DNA of 64,000 nucleotides from an uncultured Chthonomonadaceae bacterium (GTDB taxonomy: Bacteria > Armatimonadota > Chthonomonadetes > Chthonomonadales > Chthonomonadaceae): contig CAWIEK010000050.1 of assembly GCA_963835065.1 (NCBI GenBank), positions 32,001 through 96,000 of the forward strand, written 5' to 3'. This document shows positions 40,200 to 51,100 of the stretch, in pieces. Under the pieces are notes generated by a model that saw nothing but the letters and a program-made list of their open reading frames with translations, made no database searches and was not told the origin of the DNA. Every line of letters begins with the position of its first letter. The first letter of the stretch is position 1. The position numbers and the translations under genes are program-made.

Positions 40200-41299
40200 T
40201 TACTTCGCTCGGAGGGCTTCGCGGGCATAGTCGGCAAGTTCATGGGCGCGGTGGGCGGCGGTGTGATGGGCGAGTACGCGCTGGCGGGCGCGTTCCGCAA
40301 TCGCAGCGCGTTCGGGTTCGGGCAGATTGCGGAGGAAGCGCAGGGTCTCTTCGGGGGAGCGCGAAACGAGTATTTCCAGGTTGGGAACGAAAAACGTGTC
40401 CAGCCCTTCCCAATAGTCGCTGAGGATGGGAACGCCGCAGGCGGCAGCCTCGAAAAGACGGACGCTTGGCGAGTACCCGGCGCGTATCATGTCGGCGCGG
40501 GTGATGTTGAGCGTAAACCGCTGCGAAGTGTAGAATGCCCGATGTTCGGCAGGCGGCAGGTGTTCAATGCGCGCGACATTCGCCGGCCAGGCAATGGAAG
40601 CGGGATATTGCGGCCCGGCAACCACGAAACGGCCTTCCGACCATGCGCGCGCCGGTTCAAGGAGCAATTTTTCGAGCGGCGGCTGACGGTCATCGCTGTA
40701 CGTTCCCATGTAGCCCAAATCATAATCATAAGCGCTGCGGTTCGCGTCCGGGAAGTACAAATCGGGGTCAACCGAGCAATACAACGGGCGGGCGGCAGGA
40801 GAACCGTACTGCTGTTCCAATCGCGTCAGTGTTGGCCCGCCCGAAAACGACAGATAGACATTGTAGCGGGGAATCAGTTGCGGGCGTAAGGTACTCGTAA
40901 TCGCCCCGTTCCAATTTGGACAGCGTAACGGGCGTATCAATGTCGTAAAAAGCCGTCGCTGTATGCGCCGTTTGCGTGACCCATTCGCCCACCAAAACGC
41001 CTTCGGGCACATACGAGCCGACAATGACAAAATCCGCGTCTGCGGACGGCGTCGGTAAAGCGGTCGCGCAGTTCTTCGAGGGAGCCATACAGTTCCGTAC
41101 GTCCGAACGGAGGCGCGGGCATATCGCGATTGGAAGCGTACCAGGGCACATCCCGCTCCAAAAACAACACGTCATGCCCCTGCGCGCACAGTTCGCGCGC
41201 AAGCCCGCGATACGTGGTCGCGTGTCCATTCCCCCACGAACTGGTAATGGACAGGCCAAGAATGACGATATTCAGGCGGTCAGGGGTTGCCAACGTCAT
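40200..41299 (-). CDS. CgeB-family glycosyltransferase, frameshifted (~41040, ~40880)
   Basis: SSWGNGHATTYRGL, GYMGTYSDDRQ, SPSVRLFEAAACG, HTAAHRA. Confidence 0.85.
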
Positions 41300-42487
41300 G
41301 CGCTCCCTCCTGCCTCAAATGCGGCATTTCCTTCTGAACTCGCTTCAGCATTTGCTTCGGCGCCTGTTTCCAAATCGGGTTTTCGGCTGGATTGTCCGGG
41401 TGCAGACATGAAATGCGCGTCAAGCAAACTTTCCAACTGAACGACGCGCTGCGCGTAGGTATGCTGCGCCAGCGCGCGCCGATACGCCGCCTGCCCGATT
41501 TCCTGCGCGCGCTCCGGCGTTAAGTCTGCCAGATGCCGCGCCACTTCCTCGCCCCCCTGCGCCACCAGTATCTCTTTTCCCGGCTCGAAAAATTCTTCGA
41601 TGCCCTGCCAGTAATCCGTAATCAGACACGCGCCCGCGCCCGCCGCCTCAAAAACGCGCGTGGCGGGCGAAAACCCGTAACGCGCCATGCTGTCGCGGCT
41701 GATGTTCAGCACGGCGCGGGGCGTACAGTTGAAAGAATTGTGGTCGGGCGTATAAACGTGTCCGGCATAGCGGACATTCGGCGGCATGGCCTTGTCGCCC
41801 CACCCACTGCCGCCAAGCAGAAACTGTTTATCGGGCAGCAAATGCGCGGCGTGAAGGAAGAACTGCTCCACGCGGGCTTCCCTGTCCGGCAGGCGATTGC
41901 CCAAAAATCCCAAATCGGCGGCAAAGCGCGGGTCGGGCGCAACGGGATGGTGCGTATCCGGGTCAAGCGCGTTATAAATGGGAACGCACTGCCGCGCGCC
42001 CAATTCTTCATAAGCGCGAACAACCGGATTTCCGCCGCCATACGTCAATATCAAATCATAGCGGGGAATCAAAGCGCGAAACGCATCGGATGGATTGGAA
42101 TGAACCCGCTCCAATGTGGCGGGCGCGTCCACATCCCAAAAGGCGACGATGGACTCCCGCCTTCTTCACGTCCAGCACCCGCGCTTCCAGCAGTTCATCG
42201 AACACGCCCACGCCGCTCGCTTTGACAATCAAATCGGCATCGCGCGCCTGCTCCAACGCCCTATTTACGCCGTCTTCTCCTTCGCCCGCGTACACGACAA
42301 CTCGCGCCCAATCCGGGTCTTCCATATCGCGGTGCTGCTGCCGCTCGTAAGCGTCGGGTTCGTAAAACGTGACGCTATGCCCGCGCCCGTGCAGCGCGCG
42401 TATAATGCCCCGATAGTAGGTTGCGGCTCCATTCCAGTACGCCGACACCAGGCTGGAACCGAAAAAAGCGATGTTCAAACCGTTCAC
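41296..42487 (-). CDS. CgeB-family glycosyltransferase, frameshifted near 42155
   Basis: SAYWNGAATYYRG, GNRLPDREARV, SPATRVFEAAGAG. Confidence 0.88.
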
Positions 42488-42519
42488 AGGCTTCCTCTTA
42501 AACGCGCGAATACGATCTC

Positions 42520-42650
42520 ACCACAGAGGCACAGAGACACAGAGGGGTCACAGAGGGGGATAGAACAATGAGAGATAGAGCTATCTTATGTGTGTTGGCT
42601 TATGGTTATTCGCGTTTATTCGCGTTTATTGGCGTTCATTCGCGGCTATC
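42520..42650. repeat. Short tandem repeats (CACAGAGR octamers; TTATTCGCGT decamers)
   Basis: Read directly from the sequence. Complementary octamers also occur at 35523-35560. Confidence 0.7.
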
Positions 42651-42662
42651 CTCAAGTTTTGT

Positions 42663-45302
42663 TCAGGCGATTTCCTCGTATATATTGAGTAACTCGTCTA
42701 CTCTGTGGGCGCAGGTGTGGCGGGACAGGATGGTTTGCAGGCCATGCCGCGCCAGGGCGTCTGCTTTGTCCGGGTTTTCAAGCAGGGTTTGCAGGTGGCG
42801 CTGCATTTCCTGTCCATTCTGCGCGACAAGATAATCCTCGCCCGGCGTGAATAGATGCTCCGCATCGTTCCAGGGCGAGCAAACGAGAGGAATCCCACAC
42901 GCCAATGCCTCGAACACCCGAATTGTCGGGATACCCGGCAGGAAACGCACATACGGCCCGCGCGGAATATGGACCGTGACGCGATATTGGGCGAACACGT
43001 CCGGGGCTTCGTGGTTGGGCAATCCGCCCCCGTATTCAATGCCCGCTTCCGCCAGCGCGCGAAACGCATGTTCCGGGTAGCGCACCCCGTAAACCCGCGC
43101 CCGCACTCCCAACGCCTTCACCGGCTCCAAGAGAAACTCATGCAGTTCCGCTGTCCGCTCCTCATCGCCCCAATTGCCGATCCAGACCAAATCCCCACTC
43201 AGGGAGCAGGGAACAGGGAACAGGGAACAGGAGGCTATTGGCTGTGCTGAACTTGCTTGAGAAAAAGAAGTATTTGTATTCTGTTCCCTGTTCCCTGTTC
43301 CCTGCTCCCTTGCCGGCTTGAACACCCGCGCGTCCGCCGCCTCGTGCCAGGTCCAGGCGCGGCGCGTCCAGCCTTCCGTCAGATACAAGTCGCGGATGAT
43401 GCTGCCGAAGGCGAGAACGCCGTCGTAGCCGCTCAGGTCGTAGGAGGCCATGCCCGCGCGATCCGTAACCGAGCGGTGGTGCGTGTCGTGGAACAGCAGG
43501 CGGTAGTGCGGGTTTGCCTGCCGGTGCTGTCCCAGGCGTTTCACAAGCGCGTGGTCGTTCCATTCATGCACGATTACCAGGCTTGCGTTTGCCAATACTT
43601 TATCAAGACGCAACAGGGCAGGCTCGTAGAAGATACTGTCTAAAGTCGGATAGGCGCGGTAAAAATCTTCCACGCCACTCGCGCCGCGATCCGCCAGCAG
43701 GTTTTGCAGGCTCCAGTTCTGGCACGGCTCATAAACAACGACATCCAGGCCGCGCGCCTGCAATTCCGTCACAATGCCGCGCAGGAAATGGGCGTTGCCG
43801 TGATTCCAATCCGAGAGCAGGGAATGGCAGAAGATAACGATTTGTCCGGGAACACTCACGGCAGCGATTCCTCCGGTTCGGGCGGAAAGGACAGGGCCGC
43901 GCTGTAGTGGGGAACCGCGGGCATGGGTGGTCAGCAGTTGCCCGTAAATATCCAGATAGCCGTCCGTCATGGCATCCAGCGTGTACAACTGTGCCCGTTC
44001 CCACGCCCGATTCGCCATTTCCTGCCGCAAATCAGGCTCGGCAATCAATTTCGACAAAGCGCGCCGCAAAGCGTCGGCATCATTGGGCGCAACGAACAGC
44101 GCTGCTTCGCCCCACACTTCCCGCAGACTGCCAATATCTCCCAATACCAGCGCGCAACCCGACAGCGCGGCTTCCAGCGCCGACAACCCGAACGGCTCAT
44201 ACCGCGCCGGAAGCGCATAAATCGCCGCCCGCGCATACCAGCCTGATAAGGCTTCGGGCGACAGCGCGCCGAGAAAGGATAAGGATGAAGGACCAGTTGA
44301 TAGTTGATAGTTGATAGTTGATAGGGCATCCGTTGGTTCTGTCTTCTGTCTTCTGTCTTCTGTCTTCTCTCCTCCTGTTCCCTGTTCCCTGTTCCCTGTT
44401 CCCTTCTCCGCCGGATGCTGCGGACTGCCGGCGACATAGACGGGCCAGGTGAGATGGGGGGCGGCTTGTTCCAGCAGGACGATGTTTTTGGCTTCATCCC
44501 AGGCGCGGCCTGCCGTGAGGATAAACGGTTCCTTTTCCGCGCTGTAGTATAGGGAATGTTGCCTGCCGTTCGGGATTACTTTCGCCTCGCAGAAAGACGG
44601 AGAAAGCAGAAAGGAGGAGTCCTCCTGCCCTTTGCCTTTTGCCTTTTGCCTTTTGCCTTCCTCAAGGCTGTAATGGTAGTCAAGCGCGCGCAGCATGGCG
44701 GAGGTGGGCGCGATTACGCAGTCGGCGGAGTGCAGGCCGATGGTAATATGTTCGCGGTATTGGTTCCATTCCGGGGGCGCGGGTTCGCCCTTCACGGCCT
44801 GCCACCAGGAGAGAACGTCGGAGTGGGCGACAACAACCACAGGCGCGGCCCAGGGCAGAGCGGCATGGGCATAGCCGTTGAGGTGAACGATGTCCGGCGC
44901 ATACTGTTCTTCCAATGCCAGCAGCCATTCGCCTGCCCGCGCCACATCCGCCCAACACTCGTGCATCCATTCCAGTTTGGCATTGCTGGAACACAGCGTC
45001 AGGCCGGGAATTTGCCGCGCCTGCATGGATTGCTGCGGGGAAGGCAAATCGCCCATTGTCGCCAGAACAACCTCAACGTCATGGGCGGACAAACCGCGCG
45101 CCAGGTCAAGCGCATACGTCCACACGCCGCCCACGCAGTCCGCCGTCATCAGGATACGACGAGGGTGGATATGCGCCCGTTCGCTGACCAGGCTGTGCGG
45201 CTGAACGCGGCGTTGGAGCGCGCGCCCGGTGCGGCCTGTGGGTGTGCCGTTGGCTCCGGCTTCGGGCAGATGCTGCCGGGTTCGGGAGAAAGAGTGTCTC
45301 AC
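42663..45302 (-). CDS. GT4 glycosyltransferase fused in frame to a CgeB-family glycosyltransferase, with three in-frame repeat insertions
   Basis: GGVWTYALDL, EPFGLSALEAALSG; then SDWNHGNAHFLRG, PTIRVFEALACG, HTCAHR. Confidence 0.85.
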   Translation of the reverse strand: MRHSFSRTRQHLPEAGANGTPTGRTGRALQRRVQPHSLVSERAHIHPRRILMTADCVGGVWTYALDLARGLSAHDVEVVLATMGDLPSPQQSMQARQIPGLTLCSSNAKLEWMHECWADVARAGEWLLALEEQYAPDIVHLNGYAHAALPWAAPVVVVAHSDVLSWWQAVKGEPAPPEWNQYREHITIGLHSADCVIAPTSAMLRALDYHYSLEEGKRQKAKGKGQEDSSFLLSPSFCEAKVIPNGRQHSLYYSAEKEPFILTAGRAWDEAKNIVLLEQAAPHLTWPVYVAGSPQHPAEKGTGNREQGTGGEKTEDRRQKTEPTDALSTINYQLSTGPSSLSFLGALSPEALSGWYARAAIYALPARYEPFGLSALEAALSGCALVLGDIGSLREVWGEAALFVAPNDADALRRALSKLIAEPDLRQEMANRAWERAQLYTLDAMTDGYLDIYGQLLTTHARGSPLQRGPVLSARTGGIAAVSVPGQIVIFCHSLLSDWNHGNAHFLRGIVTELQARGLDVVVYEPCQNWSLQNLLADRGASGVEDFYRAYPTLDSIFYEPALLRLDKVLANASLVIVHEWNDHALVKRLGQHRQANPHYRLLFHDTHHRSVTDRAGMASYDLSGYDGVLAFGSIIRDLYLTEGWTRRAWTWHEAADARVFKPAREQGTGNREQNTNTSFSQASSAQPIASCSLFPVPCSLSGDLVWIGNWGDEERTAELHEFLLEPVKALGVRARVYGVRYPEHAFRALAEAGIEYGGGLPNHEAPDVFAQYRVTVHIPRGPYVRFLPGIPTIRVFEALACGIPLVCSPWNDAEHLFTPGEDYLVAQNGQEMQRHLQTLLENPDKADALARHGLQTILSRHTCAHRVDELLNIYEEIA

Positions 45303-46315
45303 ATTCGCACCAGCGCTTTCATAAACCCGTCGGGCCGGTCGCGCGTCGCGTTCAGCGCGTCGCCGAGTTGTTCGAGAGGAAAAACGTTCGTATACAGCGC
45401 AAAGGGATCAAGCGTACCTTCCGCCACACGCTTCGCGGCTTCGCGGATGCCGTCTATGTAAATACGCTGTTCCCGCTCGTGCGCGTTGATAACATCCAGG
45501 CCGCGCCAGTTCCACAACTGCATATTGACTTGCCGCAGCCCGTCCTGATGATACCCCGCAATGAGAAGCCGCCCCCGTTCGCAGGCCAGTTCCGCCGCCA
45601 AATCCAGCGGCCACTGCTTGCCCACCGCTTCAATCACAACGTCGCACAACCGGCCTTCCGTCCACTGTTTTACCTGCTCGATAATCTGCCAGTGGTCTTC
45701 CAAAGGAAACGTTTCCATCGCGCCCATTTGCTTTGCCACATCCAGCGCATACGGGCGGCGTCCAATGGCAATCACCCGCGCCCCTGCCTTCGCCGCAAGC
45801 CGGGTCAGCAGCGCGCCCAAAAAGCCGATGCCCACAATAGCGACCGTCTGGCCGGGGCGAATGTCGCTGCGGGCAAAGATGTTGAGGGCGCAGCCAAGCG
45901 GTTCACCCGGAAACGGCTTGCCATTCAGCGCGTCCGGCAGGGCAACGACGGCATGGCGATGGGCAAGATCGTATTCTGCGTAAGCGTTTTGCGATAGGGC
46001 CGCAACGCGATCCCCTGTTTGCCATTCCGTCACATCCGCGCCAACCGCGTCAATGCCCCCCCAGCCCTCATGTCCCAACGCGCCCGGAGCGAACGGATAC
46101 GTAAACCAGGGCTGCCCCTGCCAGGGCGGCAGGTTGGACGCGCATACCCCGCAGCCTTCCAATTTAATGCGTACTTCATCGGGGCCGGGAACCGGTATCG
46201 GCACATTATCAATGCGTATCTGCCCCGGCTCCACAACAACAGCGGCGCGCATAAGATGGGTGTTGGACGTCGTTTCTGAGTTCAGCCGCCCGTATGCTGC
46301 TGTCAGGCGAGACAT
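45299..46315 (-). CDS. Zinc-binding (MDR) dehydrogenase
   Basis: CGVCASN, GHEGWG, EPLGC, GIGFLG. Confidence 0.9.
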   Translation of the reverse strand: MSRLTAAYGRLNSETTSNTHLMRAAVVVEPGQIRIDNVPIPVPGPDEVRIKLEGCGVCASNLPPWQGQPWFTYPFAPGALGHEGWGGIDAVGADVTEWQTGDRVAALSQNAYAEYDLAHRHAVVALPDALNGKPFPGEPLGCALNIFARSDIRPGQTVAIVGIGFLGALLTRLAAKAGARVIAIGRRPYALDVAKQMGAMETFPLEDHWQIIEQVKQWTEGRLCDVVIEAVGKQWPLDLAAELACERGRLLIAGYHQDGLRQVNMQLWNWRGLDVINAHEREQRIYIDGIREAAKRVAEGTLDPFALYTNVFPLEQLGDALNATRDRPDGFMKALVRM

Positions 46316-46348
46316 GTTCAAGTTTTGTTGCAACATTGGAACTTGTTG

Positions 46349-47467
46349 TCATACCGTCAAGCCTCGTTTTGCCAGTTCCGCGTGGGCTTCGGCGATGCGG
46401 TCATGGGCGACTTGCCCTTGCAGCCATTCAGCCAACTCCTTCATGCCGTCTTCCAGCGTGACGCGGGGTTCGTAGCCCAAAATCTGCCGCGCATGGCTGA
46501 TGTCGGCAAAGCAGTGCCGAATATCCCCGGCGCGGTACTGCTTGGTGATTTCCGGCGCGAGATGTTCGCAATTCAATGCGCCCGCCATCCGCTCCGCAAC
46601 TTCGGCAATGGCATACGGACGCCCGCTGCCGACGTTGAAGACATGCCCCGCCGCGCCGGGCGTTTCCATTGCCAGCCGACACGCGAGTGCAATGTCGTAC
46701 ACGCTGACAAAATCCCGGCGCTGGCAGCCATCTTCAAAAATCATGGGCGCGCGGTTGTTCAGGAAGCGGGACGCGAAAATCGCCAGGACGCCCGTATAGG
46801 GGTTGGAAAGCGCCTGCCGCGTTCCGAACACGTTGAAAAAGCGCATGGCGACGGTGGGAATTTTATATGCCCGCCCCGTAATCAGGCAAAGCCGCTCCTG
46901 ATCGTACTTGGAAAGCGCGTAGACGGACGACAGGCAGGGCGTTTTGGATTCGGGAGTGGGGAGGGGAGAAAGCGCGTCGCCGTTCGCGTCCCGCGCTTCC
47001 CAATCGTGCCGCTTCAACTGCTCCACGCTGCGTTCCTGCCCCTGCACGAGCCGGCCATCCGGCGCGCGGTACAAGCCTTCGCCGTACAAACTCATACTGG
47101 ACGCCACAACCAGCCTTTCCACAGGCGTTTCCACTAAGGCTTCCAGCAGAACCGCCGTGCCCCGATTATTCACGTCGGTGTACTCATTGATCTGGTACAT
47201 GCTTTGCCCGACGCCCACAAGCGCGGCAAAGTGGTACACGGCATCTACGCCCTTCAAGGCCGCCCGCACTTTCGCCGGGTCGCGTACATCGCCGACAACA
47301 AGTTCCACATCAGGATGCAGGTAAGCGGGACGCGCCGCATTGGAACCATGTACTTGCGGAAGCAGATTATCCAGAGCGCGCACTTTATAGCCGTGTCGCA
47401 GCAATTCGTCCGCTAGATGTGAGCCAATGAAACCGGCCCCACCCGTAATCAACACACATTTTCGCAT
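46349..47467 (-). CDS. NAD-dependent nucleotide-sugar epimerase/dehydratase
   Basis: TGGAGFIGS, YALSK, RDFVSV. Confidence 0.95.
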   Translation of the reverse strand: MRKCVLITGGAGFIGSHLADELLRHGYKVRALDNLLPQVHGSNAARPAYLHPDVELVVGDVRDPAKVRAALKGVDAVYHFAALVGVGQSMYQINEYTDVNNRGTAVLLEALVETPVERLVVASSMSLYGEGLYRAPDGRLVQGQERSVEQLKRHDWEARDANGDALSPLPTPESKTPCLSSVYALSKYDQERLCLITGRAYKIPTVAMRFFNVFGTRQALSNPYTGVLAIFASRFLNNRAPMIFEDGCQRRDFVSVYDIALACRLAMETPGAAGHVFNVGSGRPYAIAEVAERMAGALNCEHLAPEITKQYRAGDIRHCFADISHARQILGYEPRVTLEDGMKELAEWLQGQVAHDRIAEAHAELAKRGLTV

Positions 47468-47788
47468 CAGGTCTCTCCCGGTTGGTTGGTTTGGGATGGT
47501 TCGGTGAAGCAGCGTCGGAGGTGCAAACGCAGCGCAAGCAGTAACATCTTCTACTTGTTCATCTTCTGCAAGGAAGACGGACGAACAAAGATGCTAGTTC
47601 CGGGAAATAAGTATATGGCTGCAAAATATATCTTTTGGCAGACGTGCAGGTAGATAAAACTTTGTGGAGTGGCGTAAACAAGCATGAGGAACGGCAGAAT
47701 TCATTCTCTATTCAGTCTCTATAGTGTTGTAAAGCGTTGGCAAGCCTTGCAGCCTAAAGGAAGGCTTGCCGACGACGTGAGCCTGAAA

Positions 47789-47962
47789 TCAGGGGATGGA
47801 GTTGCCGTCCCAGACGTGTTCCGGGTCGGGGTAGAAGGTCACGGTGCTGCTGCTGACCGTGCCGGTCGTGTGCAGGAGGACGAACCAGCCGCCAGGCACT
47901 TTGGCGCGATAGACCTCACACAGATACGGATGATTCTTGAGATGTTGCCACTCGATAGACAT
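47789..47962 (-). CDS. Small 57-aa hypothetical protein, absent from the ORF track
   Basis: MSIEWQHLKNHPYLCEVYRAKVPGGWFVLLHTTGTVSSSTVTFYPDPEHVWDGNSIP*. RBS GAAAGGA upstream. Confidence 0.75.
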   Translation of the reverse strand: MSIEWQHLKNHPYLCEVYRAKVPGGWFVLLHTTGTVSSSTVTFYPDPEHVWDGNSIP

Positions 47963-48165
47963 TGCCTGTTCCTTTCCGCATTGACCGGGGCATTCATGCG
48001 CAAACGGACTGCCGCATGAAAATGTCCAAACACCTGTTATCGAACATCGGAATACCGCGTATTTTCAACTATTCTACCTCTCACTCCCCCTTTTTAATAG
48101 ATTGGCCGTAATTTTCGTTTTGGTTCGTGTCTTTCGCGGTTCTTTCTCTTCTTATTTTTTCCTCT

Positions 48166-51100
48166 TTACGCCTGACGGCGATGGCGGCGGATTACGCAGC
48201 CCGCGCCGCACAGCAGCAGGCCGAACGTGACGACGGTTCCGGCTTCGGGGATGGGCGCGTCCTCAACGTGAAGTGTGCCGATGCCTGCTGCGTCGTTGTA
48301 GGTGACGGTGTAGGTATAGCCGTTGTTGAGGGACATGATGTTGTCGAACGCGCCGACGCGGTTCTGATAAGTGAGGAAATCGAACGTTTCGCCGACGACG
48401 GGGTTGAAACTGTTGAGCAACTGCACGTCAAGTGTGCCTTGCAGCGCGGCGGTGTTGGACACACTGAACAGATCGTAACTGCTGCCCTGCCCCGTTCCTC
48501 CCAATTTCACCAGTTCTGCCCCGCCCGCGCCCTGCGTGTAATTACCGATGAGCGACAAATGCCCGGCAGTGGTGTCACTTCCCGCCGTAACGGTTCCGCC
48601 CGTATTGTTGATATTGCCGGTAATGGTTCCGTTCCCCTCCACCGCGCCGCCCTGCACCGTAAAGATGTTGGCGTTCGTAACCGCGCCGTTGACAATGGTT
48701 TTGGAACCGCTGCCGGTCTGCTGGAAGATGTTGCTGTTGACCGTAGCCGCAGAGCCGGAAGCAACTGTCAGCGTACCGCCTGCGGCATTGGTGAAGGTGG
48801 GGGCGTTGACAGTCAGGGCGTTGCCATTGGAAGCCGTAATGCTGCCGGTGTTGTTGAAGGTGGCGACAAAAGCGCCATTGCCGCCTAACGTGGTAGTGTT
48901 GCCACTAACATTAGCATTGATGGTAGCCGCCGTGTTGAGCGTGCTGGCCGTGCTATTGAGGTTGGCACTGTTGCCGAGGCCGCCGATCCTGCCGGAGAGT
49001 GTCACGCCACTGCCCAGGGTGTAAAACGCCGTTGTACCACTCACGCCCTCAAAGTTGATGTTGCTTGCAGTTGTATTTGTTCCCGTATTGCCGAAGAGGA
49101 TGTTGCTGCTGTTGAGGTTGGTTGCGCCTCGGATACTGAGAGTGGAACCGTTGTTGAGGCCGAAACTGGTGGAACTGAGATTGACTCCGTTAAGGTACAG
49201 CAAGTCGCCGGTGATGCTCGCTCCGTTGGCTGTTGTGAGACCGCTGCCTGCCAATGTGCCGCTGCCACTGGTCAGATGGCTGATAGTGGCGGTTCCATTG
49301 TTGGTGAGCGTCTGCCCGCTGAGGTTGAGAATGCTGGTGTCGGTGACGTTGAGGGTGGCTCCGAGCGTTGAGCAGGTCGTGGTGTTGAGGAGCAGCGTTC
49401 CGCCGCCACTCGGTGATGTACGCCGCCGGCTGCGCGTTGGTGAAGTTGGCGAGCATTGAGGTTGAGATTATTACCATGAACTCGCCGTAATGCTGCCGGT
49501 GTTGTTGAGAGTGGTGACATAGTTGCTGCCGCCTGCGCCAAGCACCGTTGTATTGCCGCTGACACGTTGGCGTTGATGGTTGCCGCAGTGTTGAGTGATG
49601 CTTTGACCATGCTGTTGAGATTGGCGCTGTTGCCGATGCCCCCAATCCTGCCGGAGAGAGTGACTCCTGAACCGAGCGAGTAGACGGCAGTGGAGTTGCT
49701 CACGCCCTCAAAGTAAACAGATACTGGCAGTGGTATTGTTGCCCGTGTTGCTGAAGGATAATGGATGCTTCTGTTGAGGTTGGTTGCGCCGCGAATGCTG
49801 AGAATGGAACCGTTGTTGAGGTTGAAACTGCCGCGTATTGAGGAGGGAACGCCATTAAGGTACAGCAGTGTCGCTGTTCAGCGTGGCGGTGTTGATAGAG
49901 TAGGCGCTGCTGCCGGCCAGTGTGCCGCTGCCACTGGTGAGAGTTGCTGATAGTTGGCATGTTGCCGTTGTTGGTAAGCGTGCTGACCGTTGAGAGGTCT
50001 AGAGGACTGCTGGTGTCGGTGACATTCAGCGTGGCTCCTGCAGCGTTGAGCAGCGTTGGTATTGAGGCGCAGCGTTCCGCCGCCGCTTCGGTGTTTACTG
50101 CCACCACTGCGGCGTTGGTGAAGTTGAGAAGCATTGAGGTTGAGGTTATTACCTTGCATCGCCGTAATGCTGCCGGTGTTGTTGAGGGTGGTGACATAGT
50201 TGCTGCCGCTTGCCGCCAAGCGTGGTTGTATTGCCGCTGACGTTGGCGTTGATAGTGGCGGCAGTGTTGAGGATGCTGACCGTACTGTTGAGATTGGCGC
50301 TGTTGCCGATGCCGCCAATGCTGCCGGAGAGAGTAACCCCGGAACCGAGCGTGTACGACGGCAGTGGCGTTGCTCACGCCCTCAAAGTAAATAGAACTGG
50401 CAGTCGTGTTCGTTGCCCGTGTTGCCGAAGATAAGGCTGCTGTTGTTGAGATTGGTGGTGCCGCGTATGCTGAGAGTGGAACCGTTGTTGAGGTTGAAGG
50501 CTGGTGCGAATTGACGATTGGCTCCGTTGAGGTACAGCAAGTCGCCGGTGATGCTCGCTGCCGTTGGCTGGAGTAGAGGCCGCTGCCGGTAAGTGTGCCG
50601 CTGCTGCTGGTCAGGTTGCTGATAGTGGCGGTGCCATTGTTGGTGAGCGTGCTGCCCGTGCAGGTTGAGAATGCTGGTGTCGGTGACATTGAGCGTCGCG
50701 CCGACTGGCGTTGACAGCGCTGGTGTTTAGAAGCAACGTACCGCCGCCGCCTTCGGTCAGTACGCCGCCTGCGGCATTGGTGAAGTTGGCGGCGTTGACA
50801 GTCAGGGCGTTGCCGTTGCTGGCGGTAATTGTCCGGTGTTGTTGAAGGTGGCGACAGCAGTGCCATTGCCGCCTATAGTAGTGGTATTGCCGGACACATT
50901 CGCGTTGATAGTGGCGGCGCTGTTGAGTGTACTGGCCGTGCTGTTGATGCTGGCGCTGCTGCCAATGCCGCCGATGCGTCCGCTCAACGTCGTGCCACTT
51001 CCAAGCGCGTAGACGGCAGTGGAACCGCTTACGCCCTCAAAGTTGATGTTGCTTGCGGTTGTATTTATGCCTGTGTTGCCGAAGAGGATGTTGCTGCTGT

